This document shows positions 13,517 to 26,990 of a stretch of 64,000 nucleotides of DNA, in pieces. The notes below the pieces were generated by a model. The model worked only from the letters and a program-made list of their open reading frames with translations. It was not told the origin of the DNA and searched no databases. Each line of letters opens with the position of its first letter. The stretch's first letter is position 1. Origin of the DNA: Felis catus. Taxonomy: Eukaryota. The position numbers and the translations under genes were made by a program. The stretch is from contig NC_058368.1 of NCBI RefSeq assembly GCF_018350175.1, positions 168,828,001 through 168,892,000 on the forward strand, read 5' to 3'.

Positions 13517-13733
13517 AAAATTTTTAATGTTTATTTTTGAGAGAGAAAGAGACAGAGTATGAGCAGGGGAGGCAGAGAGAGAGACACACACACAGAATCT
13601 GAAGCAGGCTCTAGGCTCTGAGCTATCAGCACAGAGCCCAACATCACAAACTGTGATATCAAACTCACAAACTGTGAGTTCATGACCTGAGCCGAAGTCA
13701 GATGCTCCACTGACTGAGCCAGCCAGGCGCCCC
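13517..13733 (-). mobile_element. Can-SINE
   Basis: TSD ataat(g/a)tagata(t/c)ttataaa at 13497-13516 and 13735-13754. Confidence 0.92.
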
Positions 13734-15586
13734 AATAATATAGATACTTATAAAGTGTTCAATAAAAATGTCCTCTTCTGGGCTTACCTTGAACTTTCCC
13801 ATAGTTACAGTACTTATTTTATTCACTCAGCTGTCATTGTTAGTTTTATCTGAGATCCTCCCCATTAGCTAATAACCCCCTTGAGAGCAATAAAGATATA
13901 TTTACTCATTTTTATGCATCTCAGGTCTGATGCATAACTCAGGAAATATTTGATGTTATTTTGAGAAAATATGGCCATTTAATAAATACTTGATATAATA
14001 TTTGAAAAAATATAATAATTGAGGCTTTATATTGTTTTAGAACAATATAGAAATTATAGCTTTTAATGTTTCCAAAGTGGAGCATGGTTGAGGTTTATGA
14101 ATGAAATCTCTTTGGAAATAAGATATGTTCTGTTTCAGTTCCATTTGTATAGTAGTTTATATTCCATATTTTCACTTTCTTCTTTTATGGCTTTATTTTA
14201 GAAGTTACTTTTTCATGTGGTTATGATGCTCTTAGCAAATTTCATAGCTATTTTTAAGTACAGGTGAAAAATATTTCTGGTGTACTCTTTTTTGGCTTGT
14301 CTGTATTTTATACTGTTGTAAACTATATATTATTCGTTCCATAAAATTCCTTTGACACCTTGATGAGACTTCTCTCGCATATTAACTTTAAAGCAGTAAT
14401 CTTACATAATATTTAATATTCCTTACTTGCAAATTACTGTCCTGTATTAACCCATTTCAAAAGTGAAAATGAAATACAAGAACAGGCATTGCTTGTTTTC
14501 ACTTAAAAAAAACATTTATCTTCCTTTTTACCATATTAACTAAATTAGTGTTCATCTTCTGCTACGTTGTCCTTGAAGGGAATAATTTAATTGTGCCACA
14601 AAAGACTTGTCCCACATCCTATTTTATGTAGACTAAATATGCATGCTAAGAATTTTAATGACTTTGAGATAATAGGAATTAAATTAGAAAGACCAAGGAC
14701 ATTAAAAAGATATCTGCAAATGATTTTTTAAAACGGAAAGCCTCATTCATCTATAAGCCTTAGAGAAAATGAAACTTCAAGTTTTTCCTTCTGTTATTTA
14801 TGTAATAACTGCTATATATTAAAACTAGACCAAAAAATAAGGTCTTAAAAAAGAAATACTCGTGGAGAGAAATTATCTCATGGGACATCCTGAAACCTTG
14901 ATCGGGGACTGTGTAATGAGAAACAGAATCAAGATCAGCACAGTTCATTTTTAATTTCTTGTGTATCTCTTAGTAATAAAGAACTCTCATGTTCAAATCC
15001 TGGCCCTCACTGTTTTGTGGTTTGCCATTACAGATAATTTCTAATGATGGACTCAAGAATTAATAATTTTACCAATACTTTCTGGCAATGCTGTGTTCTC
15101 TTTTGACTAATAAATCTGTGTTTTCTTTTGCCTCTGGAATCACTTCAGTTTGAGAACATAATCATTTTTTATGCCCATCAGACTGGACTGTGAGTCCATA
15201 GAGCTTTTTGAATCTTCTCTAGAAATAACTTTAAAAGATTCCTCCACTGCTATTGCAGTCTTCAATGTGGGGTTTCTGAAAGGTCATCAGTGTTCATCTG
15301 AAAATAAATTGGTCAGAATTTTCCAGGAATCCACAGATTTGCAGCATACCTCTGACTGGCTCTTCAGTTAACGTTCAACAAATACATATTGAAAGCCTCT
15401 TCTATGGTGGAAACTAGGCACTAAAGATACCGTGATGACTATGACAGTCTTTGTCCCAGAAGAAATTAGTCTAATTGGGAAGACAGATAAGTAAATAAGA
15501 ACTATGATTGAGGTGATAAACCCTTTTCCAGTTTATCCATCTGAAGTAGAGAATATATTAGTAGTCGGGGAAATGGAGAGAAGAGG

Positions 15587-16078
15587 TGTGGTAGGCAGAA
15601 TAATGGCCTTCCAAATGCATCTATGCCCTAATCCCTAGGACCTGTGGATGTGTTCTGTACTCAGTAAAAGAGACTTTGCAGAGGTGATTATGTTAAGTAT
15701 TTTGAGATGGATAGATTATCCTGGATTATCCAGGTGGGTTCAGTGTCACTGCCAAACATAATCACAAGGAACCGTGTAAGGGAAAGAAGGAGGCAGGAGA
15801 GGCAGAGACAGAAAAGGAAATGTGAATATAGAAGTAATGGTTGCTTGGAGTCATGCAGCCAAGAGACAAGGAATGCAGGCTGCCTCTAAGGAGCTGGAGA
15901 AGGAAGGAACGCATTCTCCCCTAGAGCCTCCGGAAAGAGTGCAGTTCTGCCAACATCTTGATTTTAACCCTGGAAGACCCAGTTTGAACCTCTGAGCTCT
16001 AGAATTGTTAAGAAATTTGTGTTGCTTTAAGCCACTAAATTGGTTATAATTTGTTAGCAGCAATAGAAAACTAGTATA
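15587..16078 (+). mobile_element. MaLR solo LTR (MLT1D-like) inserted in an L2 relic
   Basis: tgtggtaggcagaataatggcc...gactttgcagaggtgatta...gattatcctggattatccaggtggg...gcagcaatagaaaactagtata. Confidence 0.85.
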
Positions 16079-16444
16079 GGAAATGAGATTAGAGAAGTTA
16101 AAAGGTGTCAAGTAATAACTACTCCATGCTAAAGGCTTTGGTCTTTGTCTTGTGGGTATTAGGAACCTTTCAATGGTTTTATCATGGGGAAAGTAATAAT
16201 CAGATTTATATTTTATAAAGACCATATGGCTTCATTGTGGAAACCAGTTAGTGAGTGAGTGACTGGTGTGAGATGAAAATGGCAAGAATGTGAAAAAGTA
16301 GTAATGGAATTTAAAGAATTATTAGGTATTTGTGGAGGCAATGATGCTTGGATGAAATTGCACATGATTAACTTAGTTATCAGAGTTAACAGGACTTGTC
16401 AAAGAATGTGGTGAGTGAGGGAGACGTTTTGAGGATTACTTGTC

Positions 16445-17058
16445 TTTTTTTTTCTTAATTTAAATCCAAATTAGTTAACATATAGTGTAACAATGATTTC
16501 AGTAAAACCCATTGATTCATTACTTACATATAACACCCAGTGCTCATCCCAACAAGTGCCATCTTTAATGCCCATCACCCTTTTAGCCCATCCCCCCCTC
16601 AACTACCCCTATAGCAACCCTCAGTTTGTTCTCTGTATTTAAGAGTCTCTTATGGTATGCCTCCCTCTCTATTTTTATCTTATTTTTTCTTCTCCTTCCC
16701 CTATGTTTATATGTTGTTTCTCAAATTCCACATATGAGTGAAATCATACGATATTTGTCTGACTTAGTTTGCTTAGCATAATATATTCTAGCTCCATCCA
16801 TGTCATTGCAAATGGCAAGATTTCATTCTTTTTCATCAGTGAGTAATAGTCCATTGTATATAACATCTTTATCCATTCATCAGTCATTCATCAGTCTTCT
16901 CTATCCATTCATCAGTCAATGGACATTTGAGCTCTTTCTATAATTTGGCTATTGTTGATAGCACCACTATAAATAATGGGGTGCATGTGCCCCTTCAAAT
17001 CAGCATTTCTGTATCCTTTGGGTAAATACCTAGTAGTGCAATTGCTGGGTCGTAGGAT
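16445..17058 (-). mobile_element. 5'-truncated felid/carnivore L1 3' end
   Basis: T tail, ttagttaacatatagtg...acccagtgctcatcccaacaagtgcc...cctagtagtgcaattgctgggtcgtagg; possible TSD aggat(a)tacttg. Confidence 0.9.
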
Positions 17059-18031
17059 ATACTTGAGAGTCACCAACATGTGGGGAAAATACCTGAAGGC
17101 TTAGAGTAGATGAGAAAATACATAGTATGGGAAGAGGGCTTTAGATAAGTAGCCCAGGGAGAAGAAGAGACCCCATTCTTTCCTTTCCACTCCTCTTAAC
17201 TTTGTAATCACACAGGCTTTCATCACTTTAAACTTTGTGTTGCTGACAGTTTATTTACCTGTCTTTCTCCTAGGATATTTTTAACCCTGTTGCTACTAGA
17301 CTTATCTTTTTAAAATAACATTTTATCACATCAGGTTCCTATTTTAAACACCTATGTTACTTTTTTTTTTCTTTTGTGAATCAGTGCAGGCTTCTTACTA
17401 ATTCAGGACTTTCTCTAATCTTATCCTAGTTCATTTGTCCAGTTTACCCTTTTCTCCTTGTCTCTATTTTTCCCTTTCTTTAGTTATCTTGTTAGAATGC
17501 ATACATAAGAATATAGAACCTCAGACTCAGCATATGCAACCAGGAACCCATCATGATGATTCACTCCTTCATTTCCCCACTGGGCCTACTTCTCATTCTT
17601 GGTTTCTGTTAACACCATCAATTCTGGCATGAAGCCTTTAAAAAATATTTGGAACATTTGTACACTCCTCATTTTCCCTTATATCTCACTGTAATGAGTC
17701 ATGAATTCCTTCTGCCTCATAAATGGCTTTCAAGTCTATTACCTGTTTTACATCCTTCCTGCTGACCCTTAAGTGAGGCCTTCATTGATATGGGTCTGAG
17801 ACTCTTGTGAAGAGTCTGCTTCTCATGCTTGCTAATTCTTTGTGCTCTTGCTGTATGTATTTAGATGTTTGGAACATTCAAGGTAATAACTGATCATGGC
17901 ATTTAAATGTTCATGTATTCTAAAGAATGTATACTTCCTCTTGGTCAGGTTGAAGCATTCTAGCATGCAACAACCCTTTGTGATCTAGCTCCTTTCAACT
18001 TTTCCAGTTGTTTCTCCTGCCAATCTTTCTC

Positions 18032-18248
18032 CTTTTTTAAAATCTTTTTAAAGTTTATTTTTGAGAGGGACAAAGACAGAGCATGAGTTGGGGAGGAGCA
18101 GAGAGAGAGGGAGACACAGAATCCGAAGTAGGTTCCAGGCTCTGAGCTGTCAGCACAGAAACTGAGGTGGGGTCTGAACCCACAAACTGTGAGATCATGA
18201 CCTGAGCCAAAGTTGGACACTCAACTGACTGAGCCACCCAGGTGCCCT
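18032..18248 (-). mobile_element. Can-SINE
   Basis: Full body with head ...gagccacccaggtgcccc. Confidence 0.92.
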
Positions 18249-18500
18249 GATCCTTCTAAGTTGGAACTTGTCAAAATCCCTTTCATTTTTCAGAATGTGA
18301 TCTGCTGTTTCTTACTTAATAAAAAAAGAAAAAAAATCTTTGTAACACTGCTTTCATTTCCTAGAATACATTTTAAGTATCATTTCCTATTTTAAGTCTT
18401 TCTTAACCCCACCAGTTCAAATTAGGCCCTCCTTTCCCCGTGCTTCCATAGAATTCTGTACAAATGATTATTATATCACTTATTTTGTAGTATCAAAATT

Positions 18501-18606
18501 ATTTTATTTTATTTTTAAGTAAGCTCTATGCCCAACGTGGGTCTTGAACTCACAACCCCAAGATCAAGAGTTGCATGCTCTACCAACTGAGCCAGCCAGG
18601 TACCCG
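18501..18606 (-). mobile_element. Short tRNA-Lys(CTT)-derived carnivore SINE (no CT tract)
   Basis: Reverse complement gggtacctggctggctcagttggtagagcatgcaactcttgatcttggggttgtgagttcaagacccacgttgggc plus A-rich tail; aligns to tRNA-Lys-CTT with many mismatches. Confidence 0.8.
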
Positions 18607-18739
18607 TGTTTTTTATATACTTGTAGTTGTTCATCTGTGAAGTCAAAGACTGTATTAATTTATTTTTGTCGTCTTCTTACTGGTTTAATGGTGGCACATA
18701 AAAGGTGCTCAATAATTACAAGTTGAACAAATATTTTAA

Positions 18740-19000
18740 AGAACACAAGATGATATGAACTATACGTGCAGTTGTGTACAAGAAGTCCAAACAAATCTAT
18801 GTTTTAATAGGAAAGTTATAAATAATAAAAGAGGTGATAGTCTTGTCCTTATTCAATGTACTGAGTAGTACTGAAATGCTTCAGATTATAGTTTTAGTAG
18901 CCACTTTCAAGAAAGAGCAAATGAAACTAGAAAAGATCCAAATTGGGAGGAATTATAGGGACTACTAACTTGGAAATGTTATAGGACCACTAATAGTTAA
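18740..19000 (+). mobile_element. L3/CR1 LINE relic
   Basis: gaggtgatagtc...ccactttcaagaaagagcaaatgaaactagaaaagatcca resembles the recalled L3 3' region. Confidence 0.45.
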
Positions 19001-21409
19001 GGAAACAATTATTGGTCAATGATTCAGTGACTTCTTGAGTATGTCATCCTTTCATGACTTATTTGTAGATAATTGAGTAAATTTCTAAGCTGGTAAGATT
19101 GTGAAAATTATTCCCAGCTACCATAGACCTTGTGAATCTAAGTACTTATTTAGATATTTGGAAAAGCCCAAATCACTGTTTTGATTGATGGCAAGTTGCA
19201 TTTCCTTTATTAACCTCTTAGAAATTCTATTTTGGAGTTAGAGGCAATTAAAGCAATGTTTTTCCTTTACGGGTTTTCCCCAATTATTTCCTGGAGTTGT
19301 GTAGGCAAGAAAGACTGTTCAGAGGCAGACTTAGCTTGGCACCTCCTCCACCAAATGTATCCTCACTAGATTATTTTCCTTATAAGGCTTGAGACAATAT
19401 ATTTGATCCCTTTGAAACCCAAATTCTTTTTCTGTCCCTACTTCATCTACCTACCTTCATGACCTTCTTGTGTCAAAGACAAGATAGTGAAAGCATTTTG
19501 TAAACTCTCAAGTACTTTAAAAATGTCACTTATTATCATATGTACACAATGAAATTATGGCTATCTGGGTTGGAAAGTATAGTATCCATTGACTTGGGAA
19601 AATGTGTTATCCACTAAGCTTTAGAAACTTTAAAAAAATCAAGGTATCTGAATATTAGGTCATCTTTTTCATAATAGCACTAAATTCCTTAATATCCATT
19701 AGGTTCCTGTTACAGAATTATAAATTTGACCTAGATATATTAAACAGATATGCTTGCAATCTGGGACAAAAGACAGGGGAGACTCTATATCAATGTGTGA
19801 GTTAGAGATTGAACTAATGAGTTATACTGAATCCATTCTGAAAATAGAAAAGAATTTAGGTGTATTTTGATGGCAAGCTCTCTCATTTAATAAACTTTAA
19901 GAAAATAGTGGAAAAGAAAATGTAAGTCAGAGTTATTAAAGTGGGAAAGTAGAACAATAACTGGAAAATGAAGAATTTGGAAAGTTAGTGTTTGTAAGTT
20001 AGGGGTTGAGTAACAGATGTATTTCACGTTTAAATATAAGTCAAATTCAAGAGTTCAAGAAATGTCGTACAGCATTACTTTGAGTTAAGAGAAATACAGA
20101 ATTTTTAAAAGTTATTTTAAAAAGTAAACCATATTGTAATATTCATTTAATATCTAAGTATATCACTAACTGTGGCATACAACCATCCTATTAATTCATC
20201 CTGTTAATACTGGATATTATACAGTATTAGTTCTCTCCACTATTGGTAAAAAATAATTCATAATACAGGCCAGTTTTACTATATCAACTAAAAGGCTATG
20301 AAAAACATCATCTTCTGTTTGGATAAGCTCTTATAATTGTTCTGATTTCTTTATCTAACAGAAACCATCCAAACCAAAATGCCACCTAAAACCATTTCTC
20401 CATTGCCACTTCACCTGAATTATGTAAATGTATGAAACTTTATTCTGGATTTCCTTATCAAGAACGAATGTATTTGAAATTGTTTTGAAACTGGTTGACT
20501 AGTCAGGGCTTTGGGCGAGATAATAGGATATATTAGAAATCATAGTGAAGAAAAATGTTTGAGAGTTTGGACCAATTAAAGAAAAATATGTAAAGTTCTA
20601 GAAATTCTGCAAAATATTGAACATATTATTATTGTCACCCTCTTCCCATAGTCCTTAAGTGGTCATTGAATATCCCCAAGGGCCCTAGTAGCATTATTAC
20701 TGAGTGATGTAAAGAAGCAAAAGAAACAGGTAAACTCTGACCTTAGTTATTTTGTTACACAGACATTACATGCAACCTAATAAAGTCTCCTGCTATTTGC
20801 TTAGATTTTAGTAAATACTGAATATGTTTGCTAAAAGGGCAAAAGAATGACTTGTTAGGTGGAGTTTCTTATGAAATGTTTTCTAGAAGGGATTTGGGTC
20901 ATCTTTTGAAGTGCAGGGGGCAGCATATTATATTTCATGATAGTGTCAAAGGCACTAAAGTGTATTAGTTGAAGTCATTTTTAAATTCCTAATTCAAGTG
21001 TAAAACGTTTAGTTTACTTTTGTTGTTTAATAATTATAGTGTTTAAATATTGGAAAAAACCAGAGCTTTAATATTTATTAGCAGATTGACTTATACATAT
21101 TTTGCTTCATTCCAACAAAGGATTTGGAGACTGTCGCAAAAATATATTTAATAAAACAGATTAAAAATGAGGGGATGATAAACTGGAGTAAAGGGAAAAA
21201 AGCATAGAATATTTAGTGAAGGTATAATTATCATATAGAAGTTTTACCAGAAGCTCCTATGTAAGTGGATATAGGCTGGAAATTTAGATCTGAGTTAATA
21301 AACAATGGAAGTGCGATAAAAAGGAAGCTGCTCGGGAGGACAGCTATGCATAGTTCTAAAATATGAAGAAAAGCGTAGAAAGTCTTTGTTGAGAAGACCA
21401 GCTTTTATT

Positions 21410-21689
21410 TAATAAACTCTTATGGATACTATAAGTCAGACATTGTTCTAAGTGTTTTCCTCATTTAAATCTCATAAATTAACTGATATGAGCCTTATTA
21501 TTTTCCCAATTTTATACATGAAGAAACTGAGCACAGAGAAGTTAAGTAATTTTCTCAAAAAAAGCATAGCTATTAAGTAGCAGAGCTTGGATTACAACTC
21601 AAGCAGTTTGCCTTCTGGGTATTTGCTCTTTTTTTCTTTAACTTATTTATTTACTTTGAGGGAGGGAGAGAGGGGGAGAGAGAGAGACA

Positions 21690-21735
<46 letters not shown>

Positions 21736-21965
21736 ATGCGCATTGTGTGCACACGCGCGCATGGGTGGGGCAGAGAGAGACAGACAGGGAGGGAGAAAAA
21801 CCCAAGCAGGCTCTGCACTGTTAGTGCACGGAGCCTGATGTGGGGCTCAAACTCATGAACCCCTGAGATCATGATATGAGCCAAAATCAAAAGTTAGACG
21901 CTTAACCGACTTAGCAACCCAGGCACTTTGGAATGTTTGCTCTTAAACACTGTGCTGTGCTGCCT
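21410..21965 (-). mobile_element. MIR interrupted by a Can-SINE
   Basis: MIR core attttatacatgaagaaactgagcacagagaagttaagtaat...; resumes after the SINE (ctcttaaacactgtgctg). Confidence 0.7.
21631..21928 (-). mobile_element. Can-SINE with expanded (GA)n tract
   Basis: Degenerate TSD ending tttgctctt at ~21616-21630 and ~21929-21944. Confidence 0.9.
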
Positions 21966-22157
21966 CTTCAAGTGGAATAGAAGCGGACAGTGCCTGTAAT
22001 TTTATTTTTATAATAAATATACAGAGTTTCATGTGACTGTTTCTCATTATGACTATCAGTGATGCTAATGAAGGACCAGGGAAATTTAGTTAATTTAGGA
22101 AGTATAGGTACTTTTCCACCTTTAGTTGCGGGTCTTCCTAAGGTTCACCTCCTAGAT

Positions 22158-22493
22158 CTGTGGTTTTGAAAGTGCATTCCCTAGATTGGTTGCATGGACA
22201 TCCCTTGGGAGCTTGTTAGAAATGCAGATTTTTCTGGCCTCACACCAGACCTACAGAATCAAAAATCCTGGAAGTGTGGCCTTTAACAAGTCTTCTAAGT
22301 GATTCTGATGCCCTGAGCGGGGGAGGGGCAGAGAGAGAGGGAGACACAGTATCTGAAACAGGCTCCAGGCTCTGAGCTGTCAGCACAGCTTGAACCCACG
22401 AACCATGGGATCATGACCTGAGCCGAAGTCGGAAGCTTACCCGACTGAGCCACCCAGGCACCTCTGATGCTTTCTAAAGTGTGCGAACCACTA
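22158..22493. mobile_element. MER5A (hAT-Charlie) relic interrupted by a SINE
   Basis: gggagcttgttagaaatgcaga...ccagacctacagaatca...ttaacaagtcttctaagtgattctgatgc...aaagtgtgcgaaccacta. Confidence 0.8.
22312..22462 (-). mobile_element. Tail-less Can-SINE
   Basis: SINE body flanked by tctgatgc direct repeats (22304-22311 and 22463-22470); no poly(A). Confidence 0.88.
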
Positions 22494-25400
22494 ATCTAGA
22501 TAGGGGGAAGAAAAAAAAAAAAAGAACTATCCTGAACTATAAATTCTCTCCATTACTTTATTTCTGTAATTTAGGTAGGGAGAATATAGGAGGAATTTGG
22601 AATAAAAGTACATGTATTCTACCCTTGGAAATAAGAGAAGTTACATTTATCAGGGAATGGACTGGTAATTATTTGAGGTATAAGCAATGACCTCTATAAA
22701 CTATAATCACCTCAAAGCATCCTAATGACCAAGAATCAGTGAAGCAGAAATGCCTATTTTATGGCTTTTTGGAGAAGTTGATGTTCCAAAATTGATTTTC
22801 ACAGTCTCATCAGAATTCAGAAGAAGATATCTAAAATGATATTCTGCATGAACACTATTTTTTTTGGTCTTCCCTCTATGAACTGTATATTCACTGCAAT
22901 CATTCTGAAGTGATTTTAAGGCAGAAAATGATAAAAGTCATCTATGTAAGAATTACCATTTTTAAGCCTGTGTTTGGTCAGTCGCATTTTAGATTGATCA
23001 AGAAAGCTAAACTATAAACATTAGTATTTCAAAGAAATGTCCCTGACTTCTAAGCAAAATCAGTTGCCCCATGACACACTTTAAATTTCTTTTCAACACT
23101 TTCAATTTTCTATAATTATACATTTACTAGTGTGAACCTTTTTTAGCCTCATTTCCTTACCCATAAAATAGTGATGATCTTATCTTATCAGCTTCATTAT
23201 CTCAAATGAGATAACACATGCAAGGGAAATTTGTAGTTGCTTTTGTAGTTATTTGTTTATACTACTAATATTGTAATGTCACTACACTGTAATCTTCTTG
23301 AGGGTGAGTATATATTTTGTGCCATTGTTCTCCCGAGTAGTTCCTAGGTACTCAACGTTTGTTGAATGAATTGATGGCTTGAATGATTTTAATACTGATG
23401 AGATGCCATAGCAATGTGGAAGTATATACAGGGCCAGAAACAATTTTAGAGACAATTGAGCGTCACATTTGGCACTTCTGGGGAGGAAGTTACTAGCATA
23501 AAGTTAAGAGACTGATTGCATCTCTGACCAAGATTTATGCTTAGAGCATGATATGACATGTTTCCCAGTTTTATCTCCTTCTGGCTTCCTCAAAACCCCT
23601 ATTCTCTTACTTTACTGTCTGCTTCCTTAAAATGTTTTGGTGCTTTTGGTCTAAACCAAGTTGAAATCTAATTATATTTTAAAATTGAGCTGATTTTTGG
23701 CAGAAATCTGGACAGTTGATTCATCGTATTCTTCTAGGTACAAAATATATGCGAAGTGGTAAAGTAACTTTTTTCATCTTATGACAGTGAAATTTTTGAC
23801 ATGACAGTCATTCTTTGCAGTTTCATCAACACAGCAAGCAGGTGAGTGGTATTTCTGAGCCATATGGAACTCCTAGGATCAGAACAGAGGGAGTTACTGG
23901 TGTGGAGTCTGTCAGCAAAATTCGATTTTAGGCACTTTCAAATTTTAATAGCAGAATCAAGGTCACAGAGGAGCAAGAGAAGCAGCAAAATTCAAGGTTA
24001 CAGAAAACCAAGAGAGAAATGGTGGCTTAAAAAGTTTCAAGTCCTTTTGGGCCAACTAAAGTCCTTCTTCCAAAAATGGGTAGGATTGTAAGACAATAAA
24101 TCTCAAGGCACACTAACACAGATACACACTTGCATTCACAGTCTTCCCCTCTTTACTCCATCACCTCCTCTCTCTCTTTGTGCCCTTTCCATCTCTTTCA
24201 TACAATAAGCAAATACTTACTGAGTACCTACTATGCATGTAGTACTGACAATGCAGTAAAAGACAGAACATACATGTTGCCAACTCTTGTTGAAATGTAT
24301 ACTGTCCGGACTATTACACTGTTTTTTTCCAAAAGGTTCCCTTAGGCCACCTAATCCTACTAGTACGTGTCTCGTCTTACCTTCTGAATACTTTCCCAGA
24401 AGTAAAAGACAACTAAAAGACTTCCTAGAACCTCTCTTCTTATCTTTCTTACTTAAACTTCTCCTAGTGCGGAGTTAAAGTTAGTGAAGGTAAAGATCTA
24501 GAGGAATATAGAAAAAGGAGTTGAGACTATGCCACTACATTTACAGAAAAAACTCAATTAGTCAAGTTAGTAATAACTTAGAAGATAAAAATATAAAACA
24601 TTGAATAAAAAGCCCCACCAAAACCAGGTAATTACAGGTACAAGTGTAAGTACCTTTAGAAATTAAAACTAAAAATGTTAAATTGGAATAAAGAATTAAC
24701 TAAGCATATTTGAAAATATAGGAGAAAAATATCTAGGAAATGAAACTTCTTAACCCAAGACATGATGCTGGAGAATGAATATCTACCAGTCAGTAGTTAT
24801 TTCTATAAATTCTTCATAGTTAAATTTCATTGAGATTTATGCTTATGTCTTTTCATTATACTTAAAAACACACAGATGTGTCAAATTACTATTCATCTGG
24901 AAGTAGGCGGGGAAAATACAATAAAGGATGTATCTAAAAGTCATTTGGGAAGGGGATTATCTCTCAGTCACTGGTAGTGTGGTAAATTGGTTATGCAGCA
25001 ATTTAGACCTGCTTCTCACAGTATTACTTATAATTGATAAGAATTACATATAAATATCAAATCATAATGTGGAAGAAAATCAAATTTAATATGTCTAAGC
25101 TTCTGAAGTTAGAGATGAGGCTTTCAAAAGTTAGAAAAAATATAGAAAATAAAAAAGGATAATATGAGCAATTTTGAGTATCTAATGATACACTAATCTT
25201 AAATACTAAAAGAAAAAGGTTCCAAGATAATAAGACAAATCACAAATTAGGACTAGTGCATATCATAGAATAACCTCCCAAAATGAGGAGACACATCTTT
25301 GCAGTAAATGGTTATATAAATTGTTCCATTGTTTGATCTCTTAATCTTATTGCCAGCAATCAATCTGAGGGAAATAATCTTGAAATGGGAAAAAGCTGGA

Positions 25401-25878
25401 TGCCCACATTTACTCATCATGTTGTTATTTGTAATAGAAAAAGAAATTAGAACTAGTGATTATTGAAAAGATTATGGGAGTGCATGAAGGGTTGATAATA
25501 CTGATCTGCCGTTCTTTGTGGATTCCTTAATATAGAGCCACAAATATCACCAAACTCCATTCTACAATAATACTTAAGTTCAGGTGGTGTATATTACAAA
25601 TATTATAAATATACAGAAATAATAAAGAAATATTAAATTCTAGACAAATATTACATCTGTAAATTCAGTGATATATTGACATTTATGAGCATACTGAATA
25701 CTTTGAAAAATCCTAGGTCATTTGGTGCATTCTTTTCTTTCATGTGTGAAATATTACCCATCTTTCCATTTTTGAAAAGATGAACTAATGCTGCACTTGT
25801 GTATTTTTCTTTATTTGATCAGTTTAGGATTTTGTACGTTTTGTATTTCTTGTATATTACTACTCTCCCTTTGTGTCT

Positions 25879-26086
25879 TTTTTTTTTAAGTTTATTTATT
25901 TTGAGAGAAACTGAGACAGTGTGAGTGGGGAGGGGCAGAGAGAGGGAGAGAGAGTGGATCCCAAGCAGGCTCCGTGCTGTCAGCTCAGAGCCCAATGCGG
26001 GGCTTGAACTTACAAAACTGTGAGATCATGACCTGAGCCAAAACGAAGACTCGGACACTTAACCAACTGAGCCACCCAGGCTCCCC
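25879..26086 (-). mobile_element. Can-SINE
   Basis: Full body; degenerate TSD ending tgtgtct. Confidence 0.92.
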
Positions 26087-26773
26087 TTCCTGTGTGTCTC
26101 GATGATTAATATAAGCCTTTGAAAAGTGTCCAAGAAAGCAATTATTCACACATAGTTATTTTAGTAGTATTTCCATGATAAAAATTGCATGTGGAGCAAG
26201 CATAAGAATACATAATTATTAATATGAAGGACTTTAATATGATATAGCTAGGCATTTAATACATTTCTGTTCATTTGAATAAAATCATTTGTACTTTATT
26301 CACCAATATTTGTTTTAGTTATTTGTAAGCGTTTCATTGACCCTGTAATCAGCCTAAGATCAAGGAGTATATCATAATAATTTTGTATCCCTATAGCTTC
26401 TTGTGCTTAGTAGGGACTTAATACATTTTTCAAAAACTGATTAGGAGATTCAGGCCATGCCACAGATAAATCTACTTAATTTTTTTTCAACACAAACATA
26501 GAAAATAAATAGCTACTTACCATTAACTTATATTAATAAAAACCAAATTTTTTAAATTAGTTGAATCTGAAAGCAAGTTAATACTTATATGATTCCTTTA
26601 GTAGTTACTCAACTCAGGCAATATTAGAAGAAAAATGTATGATTTTGCTAACCTGATGGTTCTCATTTATATTCCACACGTGCAGCTAGATGCTGTAATC
26701 AAATTGAAAAAGTCTGGTTGATAATAAGTTTTAACATGTGAGACCCATATTCTGTAAAAGGTATTGTGAATGA

Positions 26774-26990
26774 GGGGCACCTGGGTGGCTCAGTTGGTTA
26801 AGCGTCCAACTTCGGCTCAGGTTATGATCTCACGGTTCATGGGTTTGGGCCCTGCATCGGGCTCTGTGCTGACAGCTCAGAGCCTGCAGCCTGCTTCAGA
26901 TTCTGTGTCTCCCTCTCTCTCTGCTCCTCCCCCACTCATGCTCTGTTTCTCTCTGTCTTAAAAATAAAAATAAACATAAAATATTTTTTA
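26774..26990 (+). mobile_element. Can-SINE
   Basis: ggggcacctgggtggctcagttggttaagc head; degenerate TSD taaaag...tgaatga. Confidence 0.93.

Noticed and set aside
16866..16918. Triplicated attcatcagtc inside an L1; similar small duplications at ~39186-39235 and ~41559-41578
   Set aside because: Ordinary replication-slippage duplications with no sign of function.
18501..18606. tRNA-Lys(CTT) gene
   Set aside because: Stems are mismatched, and it has a SINE-type 5' leader and A-rich tail; a retroposed SINE, not a functional tRNA.
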